Source: a virus
Lineage: Duplodnaviria > Heunggongvirae > Uroviricota > Caudoviricetes
Strand: one strand, 5' to 3'
Virus record (IMG/VR): IMGVR_UViG_3300023697_000634
DNA length: 21,382 nt
The translations under genes were made by a program, and so were the position numbers. Positions 4,823 through 13,974 of the stretch are shown piece by piece (within the stretch, counting starts at the first letter, position 1; every line of letters starts with the position of its first letter). A model generated the notes under the pieces. That model was not told the DNA's origin. It was given only the letters and a program-made list of their open reading frames with translations, and ran no database searches.

Positions 4823-5379
4823 TCCCCCGCAGACTCTTTCGGTCTTTCCACCGTCCACTTGTAATCCAACATTTACAACGTCTTCAAGATAGCGATCGCC
4901 GTATGCGCTTTGGTGCTATGATGCCAGATGATGCCATCAGCGATTACGTACAGAGATGTTGGGATGATGATAATATGTGGTTTGGTGTAGTTCATGGCGG
5001 CATCATCATTGCCGCTGTGCATGTTGCATACCAATATGATAAGTCCAAGGCCGAATTAGGACTGTCTGTTGATCCTGAGTGGAGGGGACATAAGCTGGGG
5101 CAAGGATTGTTTGATAGAGCAGTTGTCGCAATGAAGGCTCGCAATGTACGCGACGTCTATATGCACTGCTTAGCAGAAAATGCAGCAATCAAACACATAG
5201 CACGTAAAAATAATATGGTAATGGTCACGGAGTATGGAGAGACAGACGCCGACCTATTACTAACAGAAGGGACGCCCGCAGATGTGGGAGCTAACATTTT
5301 ACTTGAGCAACTTGCTGTATACGACTCAGTTGTCCGTAACACTAGTGATGTACTTCTGAGGTTATATGAAATCAATTAA
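4819..5379 (+). CDS. GNAT family N-acetyltransferase
   Basis: AELGLSVDPEWRGHKLGQGL acetyl-CoA motif A; HCLAENAAIKHIARK. Confidence 0.9.
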   Translation: MIPRRLFRSFHRPLVIQHLQRLQDSDRRMRFGAMMPDDAISDYVQRCWDDDNMWFGVVHGGIIIAAVHVAYQYDKSKAELGLSVDPEWRGHKLGQGLFDRAVVAMKARNVRDVYMHCLAENAAIKHIARKNNMVMVTEYGETDADLLLTEGTPADVGANILLEQLAVYDSVVRNTSDVLLRLYEIN

Positions 5380-5476
5380 ACATTTTATCGTTGCCTTTGC
5401 GACTGCGTTAGTGGATAGTAAACGGTCTACAGCAAGACGATATGTCTCTGGCTGGTATTAATTAAAGGATTTTGTT

Positions 5477-5773
5477 ATGAGCGTTATTTGTTTGAAGATG
5501 TCGAGTGGAGAAGAATTGATTGGTACATTGGTCAATGAGACTGATGAGTTTGTCCACATCAAAGAAGTATCTGCCGTCATGATGATGCAAGGCGAAGTTC
5601 CTGGTCAATTCCGCATGGGCCTGATGCCATTTCTTCCATACTCTGAATCAGAAGAATTCACAATCGCGAAGCGAGCTGTCGTTACGCAGTTTGCACCAAG
5701 CATTGAAATGATCAACAACTACAACCGCAAGCATGGCGCTGGCATTCAGGTTGTACAAACCCTCAACGGCTAA
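5477..5773 (+). CDS. Sm-like fold hypothetical protein of T4-like phages
   Basis: LKMSSGEELIG N-terminus, PFLPYS, beta-rich pattern; AAGGA RBS. Confidence 0.65.
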   Translation: MSVICLKMSSGEELIGTLVNETDEFVHIKEVSAVMMMQGEVPGQFRMGLMPFLPYSESEEFTIAKRAVVTQFAPSIEMINNYNRKHGAGIQVVQTLNG

Positions 5774-5775
5774 TT

Positions 5776-6696
5776 ATGAAAATCGCAGTTTGCTCTGACC
5801 TCCATTTGGAGTTTGGTCCAATTTCGTTGGACAACACCGAAGGTGCAGAGGTCTTGATTCTATCTGGCGACATTTGTCTCGCTAAGGAATTGCTGGATCA
5901 CGATCCACATGGACTAGTGCCACATACACGTAGTGCTATGTTCCATACATTCTTTCAGGAATGTAGCGCTCGATTCCCGCATGTGATTTACATTGCTGGC
6001 AACCACGAACACTATCATGGCGACTATGCCAAGTCGCTTCCGAACCTTAAAGAACGTCTCGCGTACCTGAAGAACGTCCATGTCTTGGATAAAGAGGTTC
6101 GTGCTATTGGTGATACTATTTTCATCGGCGGTACGTTGTGGACCGACATGAACAAAGAAGATCCAAACACTTTGTTTGCAATCAAAGGGTACATGAACGA
6201 CTACAAGATCATTGAAGACAGTAGTGAAGTAGTTCACTATAAGGTTTACCATGATAAGATGAAGAGTGTTGGTATGACTGATGAGGAGTGGGTTGCACTT
6301 CCACCAGAAGATCGTGTGTACGTTGAATTCAAGACACGCCCTGCCAAATTTTCACCCGAAAAGTCAGTGGAAGACCACAAGAAGATGTTGGAGTTCATTC
6401 GCACTACCATCGCGACGAACCCTTTCAGCAAGTTTGTGATAGTCGGACATCACGCTCCGTGCAAGATGTCAACGAAACCACAATATGAAAAGGACGTAGT
6501 TGTCAATGGTGCATACAGCTCTGACCTATCGGAATTCATCCTGGACCATCCACAAATCAAAGTATGGACACATGGACACACCCATGATGTATACGACTAC
6601 CTAGTTGGAACAACTCGAGTAGTATGCAATCCTCGTGGGTACATTGCATATGAAGATCGAGCGGATCGATTCGAACTCAAGTTCCTAGACGTTTGA
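5776..6696 (+). CDS. Calcineurin-like metallophosphoesterase
   Basis: SDLH, SGD, GNHE, GHH and HGHTH motifs. Confidence 0.93.
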   Translation: MKIAVCSDLHLEFGPISLDNTEGAEVLILSGDICLAKELLDHDPHGLVPHTRSAMFHTFFQECSARFPHVIYIAGNHEHYHGDYAKSLPNLKERLAYLKNVHVLDKEVRAIGDTIFIGGTLWTDMNKEDPNTLFAIKGYMNDYKIIEDSSEVVHYKVYHDKMKSVGMTDEEWVALPPEDRVYVEFKTRPAKFSPEKSVEDHKKMLEFIRTTIATNPFSKFVIVGHHAPCKMSTKPQYEKDVVVNGAYSSDLSEFILDHPQIKVWTHGHTHDVYDYLVGTTRVVCNPRGYIAYEDRADRFELKFLDV

Positions 6697-6699
6697 TTG

Positions 6700-6728
6700 T
6701 TGTCCTGACGTATATTACTCATTATAAT
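6700..6728 (+). promoter_or_regulatory. sigma70-type promoter overlapping the inverted repeat
   Basis: TTGTCC(6700-6705)-N17-TATAAT(6723-6728). Confidence 0.65.
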
Positions 6729-6744
6729 ACGTCAGGACTTTTTT
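6702..6744 (+). terminator. 12-bp inverted repeat plus T-tract
   Basis: GTCCTGACGTAT(6702-6713)/ATACGTCAGGAC(6727-6738), then TTTTTT. Confidence 0.75.
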
Positions 6745-6760
6745 ATTATTGGAGCTCGTT

Positions 6761-7051
6761 ATGGAAAAAGAGTGGGTATTAGTTGAGACCGTTAGCCAAT
6801 TCCGCATGCGTTATATGGTCCAAGTGCCAAAGGGCAGAGATACGTGGGCACTAGATACCGTTACCTTAAACGAAGCAAAAGAATTCTCACAGCAGCACTT
6901 GGGTGAGACTATTATTTCTCATCGTGTTATGACTGAGAAAGCAGCACTAATCCAGTGCGACATAGACAACGACTACGTCTATGGCAAATGGACAGACGAA
7001 CAAAAAATGAAAGCCTTTTTCACTGAAGAAGGCTACAAACCGGAAGACTAA
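6761..7051 (+). CDS. Phage hypothetical protein
   Basis: GGAG RBS before ATG 6761, 96 aa, abuts gp43. Confidence 0.8.
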   Translation: MEKEWVLVETVSQFRMRYMVQVPKGRDTWALDTVTLNEAKEFSQQHLGETIISHRVMTEKAALIQCDIDNDYVYGKWTDEQKMKAFFTEEGYKPED

Positions 7052-9565
7052 ATGAAATTTTACACGAACGTACACTTATACCGCAATGAAATTCTGTTGA
7101 GAGGGTATGAGAACGGTCAGCGTGTACAAAGATCTATAGCATATCAACCATATCTATTTGAACCAAATAAAGTATATCGAGAAAGGGGTGTAGAGACCCC
7201 ATATCGCACATTGCGTGGCGAGCCTCTCTACAAACGTGATTTTGATTCAATGCGAGATGCGCGTGACTATGTGAAAGAATATCGTGAGATATCAAATAAG
7301 CAGATCTATGGCCTGACTAACTTTCAATACGCATTCATCAACGACAACTACAACGGGACGATTGACTATGATCCAAAGGTGATCTCAGTCGTCACGCTCG
7401 ATATTGAGACCTCCACTCAAGGAGGTTTTCCAGACATCGAAACGGCAAACCAATCGATTACAGCTATCACTGTTCGTAAGAACGGGCAGTCGCTCGTACT
7501 CGGGCTAAGACCCTATACGCCCAAACTAGAAGGTGTTAGATACTTCCATTGTAAGAGTGAAGAAGATTTGCTCGAGAAGTTCTTGACGATCTGGCAATCG
7601 ACTGAATTCGCGCCAGACGTAGTCACTGGCTGGAACGTAGAATTCTTCGATATCCCATACCTCGTCAACCGCATCCGTCGTCAGCTCGGAGACAAGTCTG
7701 CAAAGAGGTTGTCACCATGGGGCATATTAGAAGAACGCCAACTTGATATTATGGGACGCACGTACACATGCTATATTCCTGTTGGCGTCAGCATCATCGA
7801 CTACTTGCAAGCATATAAGAAGTTCTCATTCTCACAACAAGAATCATTCAAACTCGACCACATTGCATTCATCGAACTGGGTGAGCGTAAACTGGATTAC
7901 TCTGAGTATGAATCGATGCATGAGTTCTATGAGAAGGACTTTGAGAAGTACATCGACTATAACATCCACGACGTTATCTTGGTTGATAAGCTAGAAGATA
8001 AGCTGAAATTCCTCGAGCAGATTTTTGCTATTGCCTATGACGGTCACGTCAACTTCGTCGATGCGTTTACATCTGTGCGTATGTGGGACATCATTATTCA
8101 CAACTACTTGCTGTCGCAAGGAATTGCAATTCCAATGACCAACCGCCAAGAGAAGGACGGTCAGATCGTTGGTGCATATGTGAAGGATCCACAAGTTGGT
8201 ATGCACGATTGGACTGTGTCGTTCGACTTGAACAGTTTGTATCCTCACTTGATCATGCAGTACAACATTTCACCAGAGACGTATGTTGGCCAGCTACAAG
8301 GGTTGTCGATCGATTCTATTCTCGATGGGGCGCTAGACGAGCACCACGAATATATGATTCAACAAAACGTAGCAGTTGCTGCGTCGGGTTGTATGTTTGA
8401 TCGTGATCGTCAAGGATTCTTACCAGCGCTGATGTTGAAGATGTACAACGACCGTGTGTTGTTCAAGAAGCAAATGTTGGCAGCTAAGCAACAGTATGAA
8501 AAGACACCAACATACGAGCTCGAGAAGGAAATTGCACGCTGCCACAATATGCAGCTTGCTAAGAAGATTCAGTTGAACTCAGCTTATGGTGCTCTTTCGA
8601 ACGTATACTTCCGTTGGTTTGACATTGACCTTGCTGAATCGATTACGAAGTCTGGCCAGCTGTCTATTCGCTGGATGGAACGTCACATCAACCAATACTT
8701 GAATAAGACGTTGAACACGACTGGTGTGGATTATGTAATTGCATGTGATACGGACTCAATGTACTTGAAGCTCGGTAAGTTGGTCGATCAAACATGCCAA
8801 GGAAAGACGACTGAAGAGATTGTTCAATTCCTAGATAATGCTTGCGAAAAGATTTTCGAACCATACATTGATAAGACGTACCAGAAGCTCGCTGACTATG
8901 TGAACGCTTATGATCAGAAGATGAAGATGAAGCGAGAAGCCATTGCAAACAAAGGAATTTGGACTGCGAAGAAGCGCTACATCTTGAACGTGTACAACAA
9001 CGAAGGCGTGCAGTATGCAGAACCTAAGTTGAAGTTGTCTGGCATTGAAGCTGTGCGTTCATCGACGCCATCTGCTTGTCGTGACAACATTAAAGATGCG
9101 TTGAAGATCATTATGAACGGTAAGGAAGATGAGCTAGTCAACTTCGTGCAGAATTTCAAAGAGCAGTATCAGACACTTCCATTCGAGGAGATTGCATTCC
9201 CGCGTTCCGTTCGTGGATTGTCAAAGTACATCGATAGCACAACAATCTACCGCAAATCTACACCTATCCATGTGAAGGGTGCTCTGATATACAACCACAT
9301 CCTAAGAGTGCGCGGGCTGACAAATAAATACCAGCCCATAGGTGAGGGAGAGAAAATTAAATTCTGCCACCTCCGTCAACCGAACCCAACGACTGCTACA
9401 GTTATTGGCGCACCAGGATCAATTCCTGCTGAACTCAATCTCGAACAATACATTGACCGAGAGGTACAATTCGACAAATCATTCGTTGAACCAATTAAGA
9501 CAATCACGGATGCTATCGGTTGGAGTATTGAGGGTAAACGAAATACAATTGAAGACTTTTTCTGA
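7052..9565 (+). CDS. gp43: T4-like family B DNA polymerase
   Basis: Exo motifs LDIETS, GWNVEFFDIPY, YNIHDV; Pol motifs SFDLNSLYP, KIQLNSAYG, DTDS. Confidence 0.98.
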   Translation: MKFYTNVHLYRNEILLRGYENGQRVQRSIAYQPYLFEPNKVYRERGVETPYRTLRGEPLYKRDFDSMRDARDYVKEYREISNKQIYGLTNFQYAFINDNYNGTIDYDPKVISVVTLDIETSTQGGFPDIETANQSITAITVRKNGQSLVLGLRPYTPKLEGVRYFHCKSEEDLLEKFLTIWQSTEFAPDVVTGWNVEFFDIPYLVNRIRRQLGDKSAKRLSPWGILEERQLDIMGRTYTCYIPVGVSIIDYLQAYKKFSFSQQESFKLDHIAFIELGERKLDYSEYESMHEFYEKDFEKYIDYNIHDVILVDKLEDKLKFLEQIFAIAYDGHVNFVDAFTSVRMWDIIIHNYLLSQGIAIPMTNRQEKDGQIVGAYVKDPQVGMHDWTVSFDLNSLYPHLIMQYNISPETYVGQLQGLSIDSILDGALDEHHEYMIQQNVAVAASGCMFDRDRQGFLPALMLKMYNDRVLFKKQMLAAKQQYEKTPTYELEKEIARCHNMQLAKKIQLNSAYGALSNVYFRWFDIDLAESITKSGQLSIRWMERHINQYLNKTLNTTGVDYVIACDTDSMYLKLGKLVDQTCQGKTTEEIVQFLDNACEKIFEPYIDKTYQKLADYVNAYDQKMKMKREAIANKGIWTAKKRYILNVYNNEGVQYAEPKLKLSGIEAVRSSTPSACRDNIKDALKIIMNGKEDELVNFVQNFKEQYQTLPFEEIAFPRSVRGLSKYIDSTTIYRKSTPIHVKGALIYNHILRVRGLTNKYQPIGEGEKIKFCHLRQPNPTTATVIGAPGSIPAELNLEQYIDREVQFDKSFVEPIKTITDAIGWSIEGKRNTIEDFF

Positions 9566-9573
9566 GGACACAA

Positions 9574-9861
9574 ATGGCTACTACAAACTTGGGTGATTTC
9601 GATTTCGGATTCACTGCAGTATCGGAAACAGAGCTGAAAGCAAAAGAGACTCAGCTTCAACAAGCCTTGCAGCAACAAGCTGCGCAGCATGAAGAAGTGT
9701 CTCGTACGTATGAAGAAAAACTCAATGCATTGTATAAGATGGTTATGCCTCTGCTGAAGAACCTTGCAAAGGACTCTGATAAGCCATACATTCTATGGCC
9801 AGATCGTCAAAAGAAGATGACGGAGTTCATTGCAAACGTAAATTCGTTAATGGAAAAGTGA
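9574..9861 (+). CDS. Coiled-coil hypothetical protein
   Basis: GAGGA RBS; DFDFGFTAV...YILWPDR pattern. Confidence 0.8.
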   Translation: MATTNLGDFDFGFTAVSETELKAKETQLQQALQQQAAQHEEVSRTYEEKLNALYKMVMPLLKNLAKDSDKPYILWPDRQKKMTEFIANVNSLMEK

Positions 9862-9862
9862 T

Positions 9863-10762
9863 ATGTTGAATTACATCATGCTGCTGGTAGCGCTTGCGCT
9901 ATCTGCTGTTGCAGCATACTACTCGATTGCGGGTCTAGTTGTATTGTTTGCTGCTGCTGCTATCCCCGTGATGGTGATGGCTTCGACGCTAGAACTAGCT
10001 AAGGTCGTTGCTACGTCTTGGGTATACCGCAACTGGAATACTGCACCTGCAATCATCAAGTACTACCTCGTTGCCGCTATCGTCGTTCTAATGGCAATCA
10101 CATCGATGGGTATATTTGGTTTCTTGAGTAAGGCGCACTTGGATCAGGCGATCCCGAGTGGCGATGTGTCTGCTAAAATTAGCATATATGATGAGAAGAT
10201 CAAGACAGCAAAGGATAACATAGATGCAAACCGCAAGGCTCTTAAACAGCTTGATGAAGCGGTCGATCAGATTATGGTCAGATCGACAGATGAAAAGGGT
10301 GCCGATAAAGCAGTGGCAGTACGTCGTGCGCAGGCCAAAGACCGAGCTAGGCTCCTATTGGAAATCCAAACCGAACAGACAACTATTAGTAAGGTCATGG
10401 AAGAGTCAGCACCACTTCGCGCTGAGGCTCGCAAGGTCGATATCGAAGTTGGCCCAATAAAATATGTTGCAGAGTTGTTCTACGGTAGTGCAGATCCAGC
10501 GATCGTCGACAAGGCTGTGCGATGGGTGATCGTTATGATTGTTGCTGTATTCGATCCACTAGCAATCATTCTATTAGTTGCTGCCAACCATTCACTTACT
10601 GCACCCACAGTAGTCCCACAACAAAAGTCGTCAAAGACTAAACTGCCGGACTGGCTAAGAACAGCGGCGCGTGCTCAGAGAATGAAAAAGGTCCACGAGA
10701 ACCGCCGTAAGCAAAGTCCCAATGTCGTTGAGATTGATAAGTCTTCTATCTTGAAAATGTAA
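9863..10762 (+). CDS. Membrane protein with central coiled coil
   Basis: Three N-terminal hydrophobic segments, a long coiled coil, a further TM segment (VIVMIVAVFDPLAIILLVAA) and a basic tail. Confidence 0.85.
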   Translation: MLNYIMLLVALALSAVAAYYSIAGLVVLFAAAAIPVMVMASTLELAKVVATSWVYRNWNTAPAIIKYYLVAAIVVLMAITSMGIFGFLSKAHLDQAIPSGDVSAKISIYDEKIKTAKDNIDANRKALKQLDEAVDQIMVRSTDEKGADKAVAVRRAQAKDRARLLLEIQTEQTTISKVMEESAPLRAEARKVDIEVGPIKYVAELFYGSADPAIVDKAVRWVIVMIVAVFDPLAIILLVAANHSLTAPTVVPQQKSSKTKLPDWLRTAARAQRMKKVHENRRKQSPNVVEIDKSSILKM

Positions 10763-11076
10763 TGTCGCCAGAGAAGTTAGCATCACTTAACCGTGAGGTG
10801 GTAGCAGCAGGGATATACATACAACCCAAGCTTCCCCCTTTGGCCAGTCATCCTAATGGACGCAACGGAATTGCTCATGTATATTCCGTCATCCAAATGA
10901 TAATGGGCGTGCCGATGAAGGAGTGTAGAGATTGTCGATACCTCGACATCTCAAGCATTATAACATCGCTGTATGCTGTTGCAGATGGGCACCTAACATT
11001 ACATGAAGTAGTGGAACGGTTGAAGCTCGAAAGAGAACCGCACTACGAGCCGTCGACGCTCGAAAAGTTTTTATGA
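10762..11076 (+). CDS. Phage hypothetical protein (HPNGRNGIAH motif)
   Basis: TAATG coupling to the previous gene; 104 aa. Confidence 0.75.
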   Translation: MSPEKLASLNREVVAAGIYIQPKLPPLASHPNGRNGIAHVYSVIQMIMGVPMKECRDCRYLDISSIITSLYAVADGHLTLHEVVERLKLEREPHYEPSTLEKFL

Positions 11077-11077
11077 G

Positions 11078-11106
11078 TTGACTTACCCCCAGCGAGCGGG
11101 TATAGT
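11078..11106 (+). promoter_or_regulatory. sigma70-type promoter
   Basis: TTGACT(11078-11083)-N17-TATAGT(11101-11106). Confidence 0.75.
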
Positions 11107-11119
11107 AGAAGGATATATT

Positions 11120-11335
11120 ATGAGATTAGTTTTTGGTTTGCCAATTGCATTGGTGCTTTATATTATTTTACAACTGACATCACTGCTCGCAAGAGGCATG
11201 GCTGTGGCATCTGTTACTGTAGCAGCTGCCACTGTGAATATTATATTATGGACTGGATCGTCTTGGCTTATAGACCGAGCGCTGACTAGAATTTTGGATA
11301 CAGATACAAACGTTAATACAAAGGAAATACAATGA
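11120..11335 (+). CDS. Small hydrophobic membrane protein
   Basis: AAGGA RBS before ATG 11120 (71 aa), two hydrophobic stretches, ATGA overlap with uvsX. Confidence 0.65.
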   Translation: MRLVFGLPIALVLYIILQLTSLLARGMAVASVTVAAATVNIILWTGSSWLIDRALTRILDTDTNVNTKEIQ

Positions 11336-12399
11336 GTTTAATCGATAAAATCCGTAAAAATACAACGATCAAAGACACCGACATACTTAATAAATCGAAG
11401 TTCTTCACTAAGAAGGACATGATCCCCACAGCGATCCCAGCAATCAACGTTGCTTTGAGTGGACGCCTGGATGGTGGATTGACTCCTGGCCTTACAATGT
11501 GGGCAGGTCCGTCCAAGCACTTTAAGACAGCTTTCAGTTTGTTGATGGCCAAGTCTTATCTCGACAAATACCCAGAATCTGTCATGCTGTTCTACGACTC
11601 TGAATTTGGAACACCACAAGCATACTTTGATTCTTTTGGCATCGACACCGAACGTGTTGTCCATACACCAATCACCGACATCGAACAGTTGAAGTTTGAT
11701 GTGATGCAACAGTTGAATGGTATTGAGCGCAACGAGCGCGTTATCATTGTAATCGACTCAATCGGCAACTTGGCTTCTAAGAAAGAAGTTGAGGATGCAT
11801 TGGATGGCAAGTCTGTTGCAGATATGTCTCGAGCAAAACAAGTGAAGTCGCTGTTCCGTATGGTAACACCTCACTTGACATTGAAGGATATCCCAATGGT
11901 TGTCGTCAACCACACATACAAAGAGATTGGTCTCTATCCAAAAGACATCGTTGGTGGCGGCACAGGTTCATACTACTCTGCTGATAACATTTTCATCTTG
12001 GGTCGTCAGCAAGAAAAAGAAGGTACCGAGATCATTGGATACAACTTCATCATTAACGTTGAGAAATCTCGTCACGTCCGTGAGAAGTCGAAGATCCCTG
12101 TTAGCGTTACGTTCGAAGGTGGTATCTCTACCTGGTCTGGTTTGCTAGACATGGCTCTTGAGTCTGGTCACGTTGTCAAACCATCCAATGGTTGGTATAG
12201 TCGCGTTGATGATGACGGAGTCGTCGAAGAGAAGAAATACCGCATCAAGGATACAGACACTAAGGACTTCTGGGTACCTGTACTGACGTCTAAGGGATTC
12301 CAAGACTGGGTCAAGAAGACATACCAAGTTGCTGCAGGGCCGATCATGTCGACCGAAGACAGCATTGAAGAAGAACTCAAAGAACTGATGGAAGACTAA
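11332..12399 (+). CDS. uvsX: RecA-like recombinase UvsX
   Basis: Walker A GPSKHFKT, YDSEFG, Walker B IVIDSIG, DMSRAK, GGGTG. Confidence 0.97.
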   Translation: MSLIDKIRKNTTIKDTDILNKSKFFTKKDMIPTAIPAINVALSGRLDGGLTPGLTMWAGPSKHFKTAFSLLMAKSYLDKYPESVMLFYDSEFGTPQAYFDSFGIDTERVVHTPITDIEQLKFDVMQQLNGIERNERVIIVIDSIGNLASKKEVEDALDGKSVADMSRAKQVKSLFRMVTPHLTLKDIPMVVVNHTYKEIGLYPKDIVGGGTGSYYSADNIFILGRQQEKEGTEIIGYNFIINVEKSRHVREKSKIPVSVTFEGGISTWSGLLDMALESGHVVKPSNGWYSRVDDDGVVEEKKYRIKDTDTKDFWVPVLTSKGFQDWVKKTYQVAAGPIMSTEDSIEEELKELMED

Positions 12400-12405
12400 A
12401 CCAAC

Positions 12406-12576
12406 ATGGCACACTCTAATACCGCCGTATTATTGGATAAAGAAACACAAGCTAAGATGAAGAAACGCAAAGCCAAGCAAGTGGCGGAGCAGAGTGTGTC
12501 AAACAACTTCAACTTGTCCCCTAGGCAGATGGATGAGTTGAAGTGCTTTCTACTGAACAAACCAAAAGTTACATAA
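12406..12576 (+). CDS. 56-aa basic ORF between uvsX and gp41 (absent from track)
   Basis: ATG 12406 to TAA 12576 fills the gap: MAHSNTAVLLDKETQAKMKKRKAKQVAEQ...KPKVT. The RBS is weak. Confidence 0.55.
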   Translation: MAHSNTAVLLDKETQAKMKKRKAKQVAEQSVSNNFNLSPRQMDELKCFLLNKPKVT

Positions 12577-12588
12577 CAATAGGATATT

Positions 12589-13974
12589 ATGATTGAACAG
12601 GTGATTTTCTCCAACCTAATTGGTAATGAACAATTCGCAAGAAAAGCCCTGCCCTTCATCAAGACCGATTACTTTAAGAACCGATTAGACAAGGTCTTAT
12701 ACTCGATCATCGAGCAGTTCGTCTCGAAATACAACCAGCTACCATCGAAGGCTGCACTCATCATTGAGGCTGATAACCAACCATCTTTGAATGATGATGA
12801 ATGTGCCAAGCTGAAAGACCAGATCGCAGCGATCGAAGACAGCAAAGTAGATTTGCAGTGGCTGATCGATGAGACAGAAAAGTTTTGCCAAGACAAGGCA
12901 ATCTATAACGCTATCTTCAAAAGTATCAGTATCATTGATGGAAAGAGCAATGAAGCCAAGGGATCTATTCCGCAGATCCTTTCAGAAGCTCTAGCTATAT
13001 CTTTCGACTCCCATATCGGCCATGACTTTTTGGAAGATGCCGAGTCACGCTATGACTTTTACCACAAGAAGGAAAAGCGCGTTGCGTTCGACATTGACTT
13101 TTTGAATCGTGTAACGAAAGGTGGTGTTCCAAATAAGACGCTGAACATCATCCTTGCTGGTACTGGTGTTGGTAAGTCATTGGCGATGTGTCATATGGCT
13201 GCTGCCAACCTAACTAAGGGTCTCAACGTTCTCTACATTACAATGGAAATGGCAGAGGAACGGATTGCTGAACGTATTGATGCTAACTTACTAAATACAG
13301 CGTTAGATGAGTTAGAGATTATGCCACGCGACATCTATGAAAAGAAGATGGAGCGTGTGAGACAGACGACCAAGGGTAAACTGATCGTAAAAGAGTACCC
13401 AACGTCTTCTGCCGGATCAGCAAACTTCCGCCACCTGTTGAACGAACTGAAACTGAAGCGCAACTTTAAGCCTGACATCATTTACATTGATTACTTAAAT
13501 ATCTGTGCTTCTTCTAGGATCAAACATGGCGCGAACGTCAACTCGTATACTTACATTAAAGCAATTGCGGAGGAGCTACGTGGTTTGGCGGTCGAGTTCG
13601 ATGTACCGATTTGGTCCGCGACTCAAACTACTCGTTCTGGATATTCAAGTTCAGATGTTGGCCTCGAAGATACAAGCGAATCGTTCGGACTCCCAGCAAC
13701 CGCCGACTTTATGATTGCTCTGATCTCTACTGAGGAATTGGCCGAGCTGAATCAGATTCTGATTAAGCAGCTGAAGAATCGTTATGCAGATCCTGGAAAC
13801 TATCGTAAATTCATCGTTGGTGTGGATCGCGCAAAAATGAAGCTATACGACGTTGAGCAGCATGCTCAATCAGATATTGTTGATAGTGGTCCTGCGTTCG
13901 ATAGCACTGATTCTGGCAAGAGAGTCGGACAAGAGCGTAAATTCGATAAAGACAAATTTAAAGGCTTCAATTGA
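12589..13974 (+). CDS. gp41: DnaB-like replicative helicase
   Basis: Walker A AGTGVGKS, TMEMAEE, IYIDYL, SATQTTR, ESFGLPATAD, KQLKNRY. Confidence 0.98.
   Translation: MIEQVIFSNLIGNEQFARKALPFIKTDYFKNRLDKVLYSIIEQFVSKYNQLPSKAALIIEADNQPSLNDDECAKLKDQIAAIEDSKVDLQWLIDETEKFCQDKAIYNAIFKSISIIDGKSNEAKGSIPQILSEALAISFDSHIGHDFLEDAESRYDFYHKKEKRVAFDIDFLNRVTKGGVPNKTLNIILAGTGVGKSLAMCHMAAANLTKGLNVLYITMEMAEERIAERIDANLLNTALDELEIMPRDIYEKKMERVRQTTKGKLIVKEYPTSSAGSANFRHLLNELKLKRNFKPDIIYIDYLNICASSRIKHGANVNSYTYIKAIAEELRGLAVEFDVPIWSATQTTRSGYSSSDVGLEDTSESFGLPATADFMIALISTEELAELNQILIKQLKNRYADPGNYRKFIVGVDRAKMKLYDVEQHAQSDIVDSGPAFDSTDSGKRVGQERKFDKDKFKGFN

Noticed and set aside
4655-5379. AtaRT/TacAT-type GNAT toxin-antitoxin pair
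   Set aside because: The small ORF shows no ribbon-helix-helix pattern, and the GNAT does not resemble the tRNA-acetylating toxins as I recall them. The overlap alone is insufficient.
5391-5419. Possible promoter TTGCCT-N17-GATAGT
   Set aside because: The -10 lacks the conserved first T, so it is too weak to call.
8740-8760. Polymerase motif C reads IACDTDS instead of AGDTDS
   Set aside because: The catalytic aspartates are intact and this position varies among T4-like polymerases. No intein or intron is seen in gp43, uvsX or gp41.
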